The position numbers and the translations under genes were made by a program. A DNA stretch of 63,873 bases, filler included, from Aduncisulcus paluster (lineage: Eukaryota): assembly GCA_024181965.1 (NCBI GenBank). It is 41 parts of 41 records of this genome, joined end to end, with 100 filler letters (N's around TTAATTAATTAA, not from the genome) between each part and the next. Parts side by side here need not be neighbours in the genome. Positions count along the whole stretch, not along the records: positions 1 to 1,006 come from BQXS01008195.1; positions 1,107 to 2,424 come from BQXS01008227.1; positions 2,525 to 3,643 come from BQXS01008243.1; positions 3,744 to 4,938 come from BQXS01008251.1; positions 5,039 to 6,354 come from BQXS01008276.1; positions 6,455 to 8,496 come from BQXS01008277.1; positions 8,597 to 9,671 come from BQXS01008317.1; positions 9,772 to 10,848 come from BQXS01008374.1; 33 more parts are not named here. One strand, 5' to 3'. The notes under the pieces were generated by a model. That model was given only the letters and a program-made list of their open reading frames with translations, searched no databases and had not been told where the DNA came from. Of this stretch, positions 1-11,268 are shown in pieces. Numbering within the stretch: position 1 is the stretch's first letter; every line of letters begins with the position of its first letter.

Positions 1-2
1 CT

Positions 3-1004
3 GGTACTTTCAGACCAGTTGTTCCTGGTGAGGGTCTTGGCAAGCTAGTTGCAAATGGGCTAAAGGAGTTGATCATGCCTGCTGCCAAAGAGATTCTGGG
101 TGATTTCCTACAACTTGGAGTTATGTTCTCCGGTGGAACCTCAGTAGCTATTCATTCTGCTCTCATTGCACGTGAGGTTGTGAGGCGTCGAGAGGGGAAG
201 GAAATGTTTCTTGCTCTTCTTGACTTCTCAAATGCCTTCAACAGTGTGTCCGTTGAGGCAGTTTTGGCAGCTGTTAACCGTCTCACAGTCTCATCCACAA
301 TTAAAAAGGCTTTGCTAACTTATCTGCAGAGCATTCAAATCGTTCATGATGGTAAGGCCTTTGCCCTGTTGCGGGGTCTTTGCCAAGGTGATGTTCTTTC
401 CTCGTTACTCTTTGCCGTCACTATCCATCCTCTTGTTGAGAAGCTTCATAAGGATTGGGGTATGTTGAAGCTAAAAACCAACGAGAGTGGGGAGGATTCC
501 CCAACTATTGTGGAATTGCCACGCACGACATCTTATTTGGACGACATTTCTGTCATTGTGGACTCAGAAGATGACTATAAAAAGCTTCGCAGTTTTGTTG
601 AAGTGAATGCCACACAGTTTGGTCTTGAGCTTAATGCTGACAAGTCCAAATGTCTCCCACTTCACAAAACCCCCGGCGTTGAGCACATTGTTAAATTTAT
701 GGGAATCTCGCTGTCCAATTGTGACAAATTGATGCGCAGGGCAGCTAAAGAGGAACTGAATGATATCCATGCTAATGCCATCAAGGGCAAGAAAGGCTTT
801 GACCTCCAGAACTTCCTTGAAGTAATGAGGACAGTCGTTCTTCCCAGATACTCTCATCAAGTCTTGTTCGCCCCTGTTAAGGAGAGCTTCCTTAAGAATC
901 TTGATAAAGGAATAGCCTCTCTTTTCAAGGACATGATTGAAATACCTGTGGTCTCTACCACCAGGATGTCCTTACCTTTCAAACATGCTGGCCTCAATAT
1001 GAAG
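3..1004 (+). mobile_element. Non-LTR retrotransposon reverse transcriptase fragment, probably CRE/SLACS-like clade
   Basis: Open frame GTFRPVVPGE..QLGV..LLDFSNAFNSV..GLCQGDVLSSLLFA..YLDD..GLELNADKS..LPFKHAGL. RPxxxGE plus QxGV resemble CRE-clade RTs. Confidence 0.85.
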
Positions 1005-1006
1005 CT

Positions 1007-1106
1007 NNNNNNNNNNNNNNNNNNNNNNNNNNNNNNNNNNNNNNNNNNNNTTAATTAATTAANNNNNNNNNNNNNNNNNNNNNNNNNNNNNNNNNNNNNN
1101 NNNNNN
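1007..1106. other. Artificial contig linker (first of 40): 44 N + TTAATTAATTAA + 44 N
   Basis: The same 100-bp spacer recurs 40 times (e.g. cores at 1051, 2469, 3688 ... 62682). GC content and apparent taxon change abruptly across many of them. Confidence 0.99.
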
Positions 1107-1202
<96 letters not shown>

Positions 1203-1215
1203 CTAATCCTTCTAC

Positions 1216-1504
1216 TTATTTCTTTGGTTTCTTAGTACCATATTTAGATCTTGCAACAGTTCTGTTTGCAACACCAGCTGTATCTAACGCACCACGAACA
1301 ATATGGTATTTAACACCAGGTAAATCTTTGATTTTACCTCCTCTTACTAGAACAATACTATGTTCTTGTAGGTTGTGACCTTCACCACCAATGTATGAAA
1401 TAACTTCAAATCCTGTAGTTAATCTAACTTTTGCAACTTTTCTTAAAGCCGAGTTAGGTTTTTTTGGTGTTGTAGTATATACTCTTGTACATACTCCTCT
1501 TCTT
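1216..1504 (-). CDS. rpsL: 30S ribosomal protein S12 (start lies in the N gap)
   Basis: [28 protein letters not shown]...DLPGVKYH...[11 protein letters not shown]. An AAAGGA SD-like motif lies just beyond the gap. Confidence 0.97.
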
Positions 1505-1712
1505 NNNNNNNNNNNNNNNNNNNNNNNNNNNNNNNNNNNNNNNNNNNNNNNNNNNNNNNNNNNNNNNNNNNNNNNNNNNNTTTATTCCTTTATATAATTT
1601 GGTTTGAACTATAAAGCTTAGTTCACGCTTCTCTTTTTAAAAGTAACAATAGTTACTTTAGATACTACCTAATCTCGAAAAGGATTATTCGGTTTCTCGA
1701 AAAAAGTTATGG

Positions 1713-1734
1713 ATTATACTCAAAGTAGGCTTAA
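1713..1734 (-). promoter_or_regulatory. Putative sigma70/80 promoter for rpsL-rpsG
   Basis: Minus strand TTAAGC-N10-TATAAT, the epsilonproteobacterial housekeeping-promoter pattern, between the recA stop and rpsL. Confidence 0.55.
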
Positions 1735-1764
1735 TATATCTTATGTTTATGAAGAAAATAAAAA

Positions 1765-2424
1765 TTACTTTTTATTTTCTTCTTTTTTACTTGTATCTAT
1801 ACCCATTGTTAATAATATTTTTTGTTCTATATCATTTGCTATTTCAGGATTATCAAGTAAAAATTGTTTTGAGTTTTCTTTTCCTTGACCAATTTTTGAA
1901 TCGTTGTAACTAAACCAAGCACCAGCTTTGTCAATGATATCCATTTTTACACCATAATCTATAAGTTCACCCATTTTACTGATTCCTGAACCAAACATAA
2001 TATCAAATTCAACTACTTTAAAAGGAGGTGCTACTTTATTTTTTACAACTTTTACTTTGGTTCTATTTCCAATAACTTCTTCTGCTTGTTTTAGTGAAGC
2101 AATTCTTCTAATATCAAGTCTCACTGAAGAGTAAAACTTAAGGGCATTTCCACCTGTAGTTGTTTCTGGACTACCATATCCTGTCATACCAATTTTCATA
2201 CGAATTTGGTTGATAAAAACTACGGTAGTATTCATTTTGTGCATGATACCTGTTATTTTTCGTAAAGCTTTTGACATAAGTCTTGCTTGAACACCAACTT
2301 GCATATCATCCATATCTCCATCAATTTCAACTTTTGGAGTAAGTGCAGCAACAGAATCAACAACAATTAAATCAACAGCTCCACTTCTTACAAGAGTTTC
2401 GAGTATCTCTAATGCTTGTTCACC
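1765..2424 (-). CDS. recA: Recombinase RecA, C-terminal part
   Basis: [51 protein letters not shown]. Confidence 0.98.
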   Translation of the reverse strand, partial: GEQALEILETLVRSGAVDLIVVDSVAALTPKVEIDGDMDDMQVGVQARLMSKALRKITGIMHKMNTTVVFINQIRMKIGMTGYGSPETTTGGNALKFYSSVRLDIRRIASLKQAEEVIGNRTKVKVVKNKVAPPFKVVEFDIMFGSGISKMGELIDYGVKMDIIDKAGAWFSYNDSKIGQGKENSKQFLLDNPEIANDIEQKILLTMGIDTSKKEENKK

Positions 2425-2959
2425 NNNNNNNNNNNNNNNNNNNNNNNNNNNNNNNNNNNNNNNNNNNNTTAATTAATTAANNNNNNNNNNNNNNNNNNNN
2501 NNNNNNNNNNNNNNNNNNNNNNNNCCTGTGTCCCTTATTAATCCTCCCTTTATCTCCTTTATACCTGCAAATACTTTTTAGAACAGCTATAATTATTTTC
2601 CTATGTTCCTTTTTTATCCTTAATTTATAATTTTTTAACCTTTAAAGCCCTTAATTAAGACTGAAATTAACTTCTTGAGTAGACCTCGAAAACGGCATTA
2701 GATTTGCTCTACGGCGAAGTCGGTTTTTTCGATCGTTTTCCTTAATAAAATTTAATCTCCAAATTAGTTTTTATTCCTTCTGAAGGTGCTAATCCTTCAA
2801 TCATTTCTTATTTTTCTTAAATTCGAAGATAATTTTCTCCTTTTAATTCGATAAAAACGCATTTATAATTTTTTCCTTGAAAACCTTATGAATTTTAATA
2901 AAATCCTTTATTTCAGCAAAATTTATCTGTATAATGCTTCTCCTTATTTAAATTGTTTG

Positions 2960-3643
2960 TTACTGACCTTTATCTAATTTCCCCTTCAAAGCCTTATTTC
3001 CTTCCAAATACTTCTCTAAAGCCTCACAGTCCTTCACTGTGGGATAATATTCCCAGGTATTCATCTCCTGACCGTAGTCTTTCCATTTAACAAGGAACTT
3101 TATCGGCAGTTTGCCTCCAAATCTATGTTTTATGATTTTTTCAACCACATATTCAGTCTCATCCTTCCCATTGATCAGGATTTCTTCTTCAACTGAGACA
3201 ACGGGGTCTGAAATGTATTTAACCATTCTCCTTACTGGGACATCCTCCGAGTCCCCCCCTTTTATGGGTTTTACCCTATATAAATGGTCTGTTATCCTTT
3301 CGACAACCAAATAAGGTCCTAATAATTTGCCTTGTTCCTTTTTTCCTTCTCTTTTCCTTCTTAATAAGATCTTTTCATCCTTCTCGAATTTTTCAGGCTC
3401 TTTAGCGGTAAATTCCTTTTTATCATCATGAGAACTAATTTTTTCATCTATTATCGTTTTTTCTATTTCCTTTTCCACGATTTCTTCAACTAATGGGTTC
3501 TTATCCTCTCCCAAAACCTCAGCTTCTCTTAAGAACATTGCATAAAAGGGCTGAGCATCGAATTGTGAGCTGTACCGTCTGTTAAGAGTCTCCATGACAT
3601 AATCACTGAATTCTCGTAAGTTCTTTTCTTTAGACATGTTCCA
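2960..3643 (-). mobile_element. Ty3/Gypsy (chromovirus) pol C-terminus: integrase end, GPY/F motif, chromodomain
   Basis: LLGPYLV motif. EYVVEKIIKHR..FLVKWKDY..NTWE chromodomain. Near-identical copy at 48931-50118. Confidence 0.9.
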
Positions 3644-3833
3644 NNNNNNNNNNNNNNNNNNNNNNNNNNNNNNNNNNNNNNNNNNNNTTAATTAATTAAN
3701 NNNNNNNNNNNNNNNNNNNNNNNNNNNNNNNNNNNNNNNNNNNATTAAAGTTACTTCTTTGACGCACCTATGTCAAGCAAAAAATACTGAAAAACCTTTA
3801 TTTTAAATGAGTTTTATTAAAGAGTAGTGCAGA

Positions 3834-4226
3834 TTACTGTTTAGTAACTGACACAGGATTAATATCAAGCCATTGATATGCTTCGTTTTCGGAATGGAAT
3901 ACTTTGGCATTTTGAATTCGTACTTGAATTTCAAAAAGCATTGCCATTGGCGTATCATATGATTCACTTACAATGATTGCACATTTGTTTAAAATTGGAC
4001 TGTATTTTTCGTATTCATTAATATAATCATCCAGATCTTTAATATTTAGAAGAACTTTTGCTTGTGTAAAATCGGAGATAACATTGTAGGTTTCATCAAA
4101 TAGCTGATCATTCCTCGTACTCAAGGTGTGCTGAATCANNNNNNNNNNNNNNNNNNNNTTGAAATAACCATAGTAATATTCCTTGATTAATTTAAGTTCC
4201 TGTATAATTTTGTATTTGAACTTCAT
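3834..4226 (-). CDS. Small hypothetical protein, SpoIIAA/STAS-SEC14-like (Bacteroidota-type)
   Basis: 130-aa ORF with ISDF..AIIV..VFHSENEAYQWL pattern. Contains an internal N gap. Confidence 0.5.
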   Translation of the reverse strand: MKFKYKIIQELKLIKEYYYGYFXXXXXXXXIQHTLSTRNDQLFDETYNVISDFTQAKVLLNIKDLDDYINEYEKYSPILNKCAIIVSESYDTPMAMLFEIQVRIQNAKVFHSENEAYQWLDINPVSVTKQ

Positions 4227-4279
4227 ATTGTGGCTTTTAAATAAATATATGAAGTTCAGCTAAATCGAGCAAAAAAGTT

Positions 4280-4938
4280 TTACCGATGATTGGTTTTAGT
4301 ACTCGAAGATTTTTTGCTTTTGATCTCTTTAGGCGAATAATGTCTGGTTAGCCATTTGCTTAAGCCATCCATACCAGGAAAAAGTACTCGTTCGTTAATG
4401 TTCACCTGATCGAGTTTATCTCTTATTTCCCATTTCATTTCTGAAGGAATACGAATTCTGAAATACAGATCGGGTTTGTCGGCAAGCCATTCATTTAAAA
4501 TGGCATTGGAATGGGACATAAATGTGAATATCGCATATTGATTCACAATTCTATCGTCAAGAGATGGAGGTTCGAAGGCAACTACAAAGTCACTTTGTTC
4601 TTTCGAAAGTTCCGTGATGTTTTGGTAGGTTTCTTTCAACATATCAATGGTAAAACTATTTGATCCAATTTCATTGAGTTTTTGTTGAAGATTATTGGGC
4701 AAATATTCTTTCAATCTTTCGTAGTTTAAAGCCCAAATTACTCCATCGCGATGAAATTTGTCAATTTCATAAGTAGCAAAGTGCAAGGCAACATATGGAG
4801 AATAAGTCCAATCCAGTAGTCTGGTTGGCAAACCATGGTGTTGTGCCAATGCTAACCATTCCCAATCCGATTTGTTGTTAATATCGGGGCGTGAAGAGTA
4901 TTTTTTGAAGTTTCTTAGTAAATGAAATTCTAAATCCG
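4280..4938 (-). CDS. FRG-domain protein (5' truncated)
   Basis: WEWLALAQHHGLPTRLLDWTYSPYVALHFA, RIVNQYAIF and INERVLFPGMDGL signature motifs. Confidence 0.92.
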
Positions 4939-5061
4939 NNNNNNNNNNNNNNNNNNNNNNNNNNNNNNNNNNNNNNNNNNNNTTAATTAATTAANNNNNN
5001 NNNNNNNNNNNNNNNNNNNNNNNNNNNNNNNNNNNNNNGGCGGTCGAGGACAATGTGGGTC

Positions 5062-5833
5062 ATGTACGTGCCTAAGAACTTCGCGATGCTGGACGAGGAG
5101 ACGGCTGCCGCCCTTGCCAATGTCGACCTGGCCCACCTCGTCACCCATGACGCCGACGGATACCTGGTGACACCGATTCCACTGCTCTATCGAACCGCGA
5201 GCAACACCCTGGTAGGGCATGTATCGCGGGCCAACCCGCACTGGCGGCGAACCGGCCCGTCCGTCGCGATATTTGCCGGGCCGCAGGCGTACATCTCGCC
5301 CAGTTTCTATGCCACCAAGATCGAAACCGGCAAGGTGGTGCCCACGTGGAACTACGAAGTCCTCACCGTGCATGGCACGCTCACCGCTCATGACGACCCG
5401 GACTGGGTGCGCACCCTCGTCACCGAACTCNNNNNNNNNNNNNNNNNNNNNNNNNNNNNNNNNNNNNNNNNNNNNNNNNNNNNNNNNNNNNNNNNNNNNN
5501 NNNNNNNNNNNNNNNNNNNNNNNNNNNNNNNNNNNNNNNNNNNNCGACCCGGACTGGGTGCGCACCCTCGTCACCGAACTCACCGACCGGCACGAACAGG
5601 GCCGGGATGCGCCCTGGGGAATTGACGATGCACCCGAGACATTCACAAACGCGCAGATCCGCGCCATCGTCGGGGTCGAACTGAGCATCGATCTCATCGA
5701 AGGCAAGGCGAAGATGTCGCAGAATCAGCCCGAACGCAATCGCGCGGGCGTCATCGACGGATTGCGGCGGTCCGACGCGTCCTCCGACCAGTACGTCGCC
5801 GAACGGGTAGCGGACCTGAATTCCGGGAGCTAG
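5062..5833 (+). CDS. FMN-binding PaiB-family (negative transcriptional regulator) protein, Mycobacterium-like
   Basis: MYVP..GHVSRANPHW..AYISPSFY..VVPTWNY..EGKAKMSQN. The frame change at the gap is an overlap artefact: sequence is duplicated on both sides of the Ns. Confidence 0.9.
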
Positions 5834-5865
5834 TGCACGTGGAATGCGTCAGAACGTGCGACTAT

Positions 5866-6150
5866 ATGCCGGTGATTGAGGACCCGTCCGTGGCTCAGGC
5901 CCGCGTGCTGCTGACGTCTCTTGATGAGCACATCGACACGCTCACGCAGTCGATCGGCAAGGTCGAGCAGCGGATTCGGCATACCCCTCAACACACGGCG
6001 TCGTGGCGGCATCTGCGCCAGCGGATGGCCGCGATGCGTAAAGAGCTGCACGAGACCCACCGGATGGTCGACGGGCTACACCGACGGTTCCCGGCTTCCC
6101 GCGCCGTCCGCACGTCGACCAGCCATCCGCGCGACGTCACGCACGTCTAG
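5866..6150 (+). CDS. Small actinobacterial hypothetical coiled-coil protein
   Basis: GC3-rich ORF MPVIEDPSVAQARVLL...LHRRFP, same strand as paiB. Confidence 0.55.
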   Translation: MPVIEDPSVAQARVLLTSLDEHIDTLTQSIGKVEQRIRHTPQHTASWRHLRQRMAAMRKELHETHRMVDGLHRRFPASRAVRTSTSHPRDVTHV

Positions 6151-6166
6151 CCTGTCGTCTACTTCT

Positions 6167-6354
6167 TCAGCGGACCGCCTTGATCGGAAGTACTGCCAAA
6201 CCGCCCAGGACTGACAGCACCATCGACGCGATGTAGAGGATGCTGAAATCGCCTTGGGTGCTATGTAATCCGAGTAACGCAGTCGCCAACAGTGGCACTA
6301 GCAGCTGCGGCAGCAGATACGCCATTGCCACCACACCGAGATCCTTCCCCGACG
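6167..6354 (-). CDS. MFS transporter C-terminus (partial)
   Basis: SGKDLGVVAMAYLLPQLLVPLLA...LAVLPIKAVR*, hydrophobic last helices. Not in the ORF track. Confidence 0.65.
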
Positions 6355-6454
6355 NNNNNNNNNNNNNNNNNNNNNNNNNNNNNNNNNNNNNNNNNNNNTT
6401 AATTAATTAANNNNNNNNNNNNNNNNNNNNNNNNNNNNNNNNNNNNNNNNNNNN

Positions 6455-8496
6455 ATTGAAAAAAAATGGGCTGAGATATTAGAATCAAATGATTTACTGT
6501 GTGAATTTAACTTTTATTATACCCCTAGAAGATTAGTTTTTTGGCATAGAGAGTTTAAAGTTGTTCAAGATGATAAAGAGCAAGAGTTATGGGGAGCACC
6601 TGTAAATATTGCATATAAAGATGGTGAGCCTACTGGTGCAGCACATGGATTTGCAAAAAAATGTGGAGTAGCTTTAAATCAAATAGAAACAAAAGCAAAA
6701 GGTAATCAAGAATTTTTATACTACAAAAGCACAGTTGAAGGTAAAAAATCAAGTGAACTTTTAAGTGCTATGGTAAATGAGTTTATCTCAAAACTTAACT
6801 TTGGTAAATCTATGAGATGGGGAAGTAGAACAGATAGTTTTATTAGNNNNNNNNNNNNNNNNNNNNATTAGACCTATTAGAGGTTTAAGTATTGTTCTTG
6901 GCGATGATGTTGTTGATGGTGAACTTTTTGGGGTTCAGTCTAAAAAACAAAGTTTTGGACATAGAATGGTTTCTTATGAACCATTTGCATTTGATTTTGC
7001 TGGTGATTATTTTTGTAAGTTAGATAAACAGGGTGTCGTTTTATATCCAGATGAGAGAAGAAAAACTATCTTAACTCAAATGGAAAAAATCCAAAAAGAA
7101 AACGATATCGTAATTGAAATCGATGAAGAACTTCTTGATGAAGTTGTGGCTATTACTGAGTATCCAACAGCCCAACTTGGAAACTTTGATGAAGAGTTTT
7201 TAGAGTTACCAGAAGAGGTAATCATAGGTTCTATGAAAGAACACCAACGATACTTTGCAGTATATAAAGATGGAAAAATTACAAATNNNNNNNNNNNNNN
7301 NNNNNNNNNNNNNNNNNNNNNNNNNNNNNNNNNNNNNNNNNNNNNNNNNNNNNNNNNNNNNNNNNNNNNNNNNNNNNNNNNNNNNNNNNNNNNNNNNNNN
7401 NNNNNNNNNTTTCTAACTCTTATACGACAGATATCTCACATATCATTACTGGAAATGAAAAAGTTCTTAGACCAAGATTATCAGATGGTATGTTTTTCTG
7501 GAAAAATGATATCAAAAATGGTTTACAAAATGATGGACTAAAAAAAGTAAGTTTTGTAGATGGATTAGGTTCTATGTATGATAAGTGTGAACGGGAAGCA
7601 AAAATAGCAAATATAATCGCAACTCAATTTGATATGGATGAAGATAAAGAGCTTTTAAATGAAGCTGTTATGATAAGTAAAGCTGACTTATTAACTGATA
7701 TGGTTTATGAGTTTACTGATCTTCAAGGGCTTATGGGGTACTACTATGCAAAAAAAGAGGGTAGAGATGAGTTAGTTGCTTTATCATTAAAAGAGCAGTA
7801 TCTTCCTGATGGAGAAGATAGTGATTTACCATCAAATACATTTTCTTGTATAGTTTCTTTATCAAATAAATTAGATAGTTTAATGGGATTATTTAGTGTT
7901 GGTATGATTCCAACAGGAAGTCGAGATCCTTTTGCATTGAGAAGAGCAGCACAAGGTATATATAAAATTTGTATTGAGCATAAACTAAATTTAGATATCT
8001 CTTCAATTATTGATGCTTCTTTAGAAAACTATCCTAAACTAGATAAAGCACAATTAACTGAGTTTTTAAATGAGAGATTATATAAACTTTATAACAAAGT
8101 AAATCCAAGTGTAATTAAAGCAGTTTTAAATAGTAATGCCAACAATGATATTTATAGTACGAGTTTAAAAATCGAAGCTCTAAACCCACTGGTTAATAGT
8201 AGTGATTTTAAAAATGTAAGTGATACATTTAAAAGAGTTGCAAATATTGTTAAAGATTTAGATGAAAACTCTACTTTAACAGTTGACTCTTCGTTATTTG
8301 AAGATGAGGAAGAGAAAGTTTTATTCACAAAATATTCTCAAATTTCAGGAACTGTATATACTACATATGATGAACAACTTGATGCACTATTTAGTTTAAA
8401 ACCAGAACTAGATGTATTTTTCAATAATGTTTTTGTAAATCATGAAGATATAAAAATTAAAACAAATAGAAAAAATCTTATCGGAACAGTTTACAA
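6455..8496 (+). CDS. glyS: Glycine-tRNA ligase beta subunit (partial, gapped)
   Basis: YTPRRL, KSMRWG, AITEYP, HQRYF, KADLLTDMVYEF, PTGSRDPFALRRAA motifs. Confidence 0.96.
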
Positions 8497-8596
8497 NNNN
8501 NNNNNNNNNNNNNNNNNNNNNNNNNNNNNNNNNNNNNNNNTTAATTAATTAANNNNNNNNNNNNNNNNNNNNNNNNNNNNNNNNNNNNNNNNNNNN

Positions 8597-9671
8597 GCCT
8601 CAGTCCAGACTAGATCAAGCGGGTTGCTAGGGTTACTGTCTTGTGCATCAGGTATAGCCGTCCGGCCACTCAACCCAGACGGGTGACTAGAGACTTGTTG
8701 GATGACAATCGGGCTCCTGTCAGTGTGGGGTGATGCATGAGGTGAGCGTGAAACTCGGGGAGGGGGATGTTCAGATGGCGAGGCCAGAGGTCCCACCAAG
8801 GGTAGAAGAGGCTCATGAGCAACAGGGTCATCGTGGGATTGGTCAACACCACTTCCAGAAACATTCTGGGCAGGCACGCTGGGGCAATCAGGGACCGTCG
8901 AGACAGTCACCAGATCAGAGAAAGTCACAGCTCTTCCAAGCGTGGAGGGTGACTCCTGTGCCGTGCGGGCATGTTGTTGACGCAGGTCCATAGCGGGGCT
9001 GTCGTCCATGAGATGAACAGAGGATTCCAATGAGGGTTCCCCAGGGGGTGTTCTGAAGGGTTCTGATGGGGGGGATGGGGAGTGAAGAGAAGGAGGGGGA
9101 GGATTTGAAGTAGATGTCGTAGGGTTCAAGATAGCATTCGGAGAGGCTGGGGGACCAGCAACAATATCACTATGGCTTTGGAAGGCCTCACTGAGACCAC
9201 CACTAGTGTCTCCAGAACGGCTATCAGGTGGCAATGAAGAAGTAGAAGAAGAAGAGGATGAGGAAGAAGAAGAACTAAGTCGACTTCTGGGGGATGCCAT
9301 GGGGGCTGTTGGTGTTGTTGATGAGCGTCTTGAGAAAGCACTCCAACCAGCCGGAAAGACAAGTACTCCATCAGTTGGGATGGTGAAAACTTCAGGGAGT
9401 TGAGAATCGAAACGAGTACGGGGATCCGATCTCACTGACTCAAGGCCCGAAAAATTCAGGACCCTTTGAGATAAGGCAGCAAGTCGAAGAGATAAATGAC
9501 TAATCCAGTCATCCCTCCTCCTCGCACTAGCCGTGAAGGAGAAGAAACGATTACTGTCAGTCATAACTTGGGTCGCCATTTGAACGGTGATGCCACCTTT
9601 ATGTAAGTGACACATAAGCGTGTGAATGAGTCGAAAACGGAATTGTGCATCTAAGAGAGGATAGTCATGAT
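8597..9671 (-). CDS. Eukaryotic Ser/Pro-rich low-complexity ORF fragment, function unknown
   Basis: Open across the whole contig, with poly-Ser and Pro tracts. No recognisable domain. Confidence 0.5.
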
Positions 9672-9771
9672 NNNNNNNNNNNNNNNNNNNNNNNNNNNNN
9701 NNNNNNNNNNNNNNNTTAATTAATTAANNNNNNNNNNNNNNNNNNNNNNNNNNNNNNNNNNNNNNNNNNNN

Positions 9772-10066
9772 AGGCCATTATTGTATTACCGTACGTGATG
9801 GACTTGTCATCGATGCCGCTGATGTCATGTGCCCGATGAAGTACGTCAATCATTCTTGCTCTCCCAATGCTTTTGTCCAGGTGGTTGGTGACGGTTTTAT
9901 ATACCGGGCCAAGACGCCAATTCAGTGTGGCAGTGAAATTACGATTGACTATGCCCACAGTGCTGAAACCGAAGCAGATTTACTCCCTTGTAAGTGCGGG
10001 AGCAAGTTTTGTCGGGGTTACCCTGCGAGCAAGGAATTTATTAAGGCAATAATGCGCTACAAATAA
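9772..10066 (+). CDS. SET + post-SET domain lysine methyltransferase, C-terminal fragment
   Basis: YVNHSCSPN, GSEITIDY and post-SET CKCGSKFCRG. Confidence 0.92.
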
Positions 10067-10200
10067 ATAATAATACTAATACTAATAATAATAATAATAA
10101 CTAAAAAAATAACATTGCAATTTATTCACAGGACAGGGAAACTTTTTTTCGAGCAAAACATCAGAATTTTCATCTACGTCAATATTTGTGTGTTTTTATT

Positions 10201-10848
10201 TCAAAGTGAGTATATTACCTTATCATCTGTGTCAAATTGATATGTGCAGTCGGGTGTATGACTAGATTTAGATTTTATGGTTGCATCATATCCTGCCCAT
10301 CGCAGTGTGATAATAAATTTACCGCACATGGTGCACTTAACTCTGATTCTGCGGAGTTTTCTTTCTTTATAAAACACGGACTTACATGGAGCAATTGCAC
10401 AGGATATGAGATCGACCATGGCTGATAAACGCCCAGTTTTTCCTTTAATAGTTTCGAAATTGCTATATATCTTTATAGTCGGTACTTCACGAATCCTAAT
10501 GTCTTTTGAATCCAGAAAATCGATCCCCCTTTTAATGTCAATGTATGTGAAATGACATTCCTCGAGTCCAAGCCATATAACTTTCTTTTCATGGTCCTTC
10601 CTGTTATAAATTGTTACCCCTCTCGTATCCACGATACAGATTGTAACTTTAGCACACTCCGCTAGCACCAGTATATCATTTGAATCGGCAAAATAATTGG
10701 ATCCAAGTGCGTCGGTCATATTCCGCTGACCATTCAGATAGGTCATCGTTTTCACCATAATACCAAGTTTGCGTGCTAGTCCTTTGTGTATTTTACCATT
10801 TATATGGCACGTAATGAAAAATAGAGACATAGACAATCTGTGCCTGGA
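10201..10848 (-). CDS. Hypothetical protein: possible OTU-like segment plus C-terminal Cys/His zinc-finger-like motif
   Basis: ILVLAECAKVTICIVD..VIWLGLEECHF resembles an OTU C-terminal half. KCTMC...HTPDC resembles WRKY/MULE-type fingers. Judged by eye only. Confidence 0.35.
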   Translation of the reverse strand, partial: SRHRLSMSLFFITCHINGKIHKGLARKLGIMVKTMTYLNGQRNMTDALGSNYFADSNDILVLAECAKVTICIVDTRGVTIYNRKDHEKKVIWLGLEECHFTYIDIKRGIDFLDSKDIRIREVPTIKIYSNFETIKGKTGRLSAMVDLISCAIAPCKSVFYKERKLRRIRVKCTMCGKFIITLRWAGYDATIKSKSSHTPDCTYQFDTDDKVIYSL

Positions 10849-10948
10849 NNNNNNNNNNNNNNNNNNNNNNNNNNNNNNNNNNNNNNNNNNNNTTAATTAA
10901 TTAANNNNNNNNNNNNNNNNNNNNNNNNNNNNNNNNNNNNNNNNNNNN

Positions 10949-11253
10949 ATTAAGCGATCGTAAAGATTTTGCGTTGTTTGGCTCGCGAACAGGGCATCAA
11001 TAGCCTTTTTTGCTTTTTCTCGTTCTGTCGCCGTAGAAAATTCGGTGACGCCAGAAAGATCTGAGATGAGGTCCAGAGTCGCTCGATCGACCAACTCTGG
11101 CCACTGTTTCGTTCCACCAATCACTTGATAATGGTGAAAATCCCTTGAGAAGTCGGCCCAAGCCGAATCGGACACTTCGTTCAATGGGTTAATTGTCGGT
11201 GCTGATTCCGCTGTCAGAATCGTTTTTTGTTTGGTTTGCTTGTGGTTCGACAT
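10949..11253 (-). mobile_element. Probable LTR-retrotransposon Gag N-terminus
   Basis: ATG lies 15 nt after a putative LTR end. APTINPL..WADFSRDFHHY resembles Ty3/Gypsy gag N-terminal helices. Confidence 0.5.
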
Positions 11254-11268
11254 ACTCAGTTTTAAAAC

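Noticed and set aside
1051-1062. Regularly recurring TTAATTAATTAA as a CRISPR-like or biological repeat
   Set aside because: Always centred in 88 Ns, encodes stops in six frames and separates unrelated taxa. It is an assembly linker.
5394-5581. Apparent direct repeats and frameshifts around internal N gaps (also near 6846, 32873, 53572, 55665)
   Set aside because: Sequence on both sides of the gap is the same overlap, a scaffolding artefact. These are not pseudogenes or programmed frameshifts.
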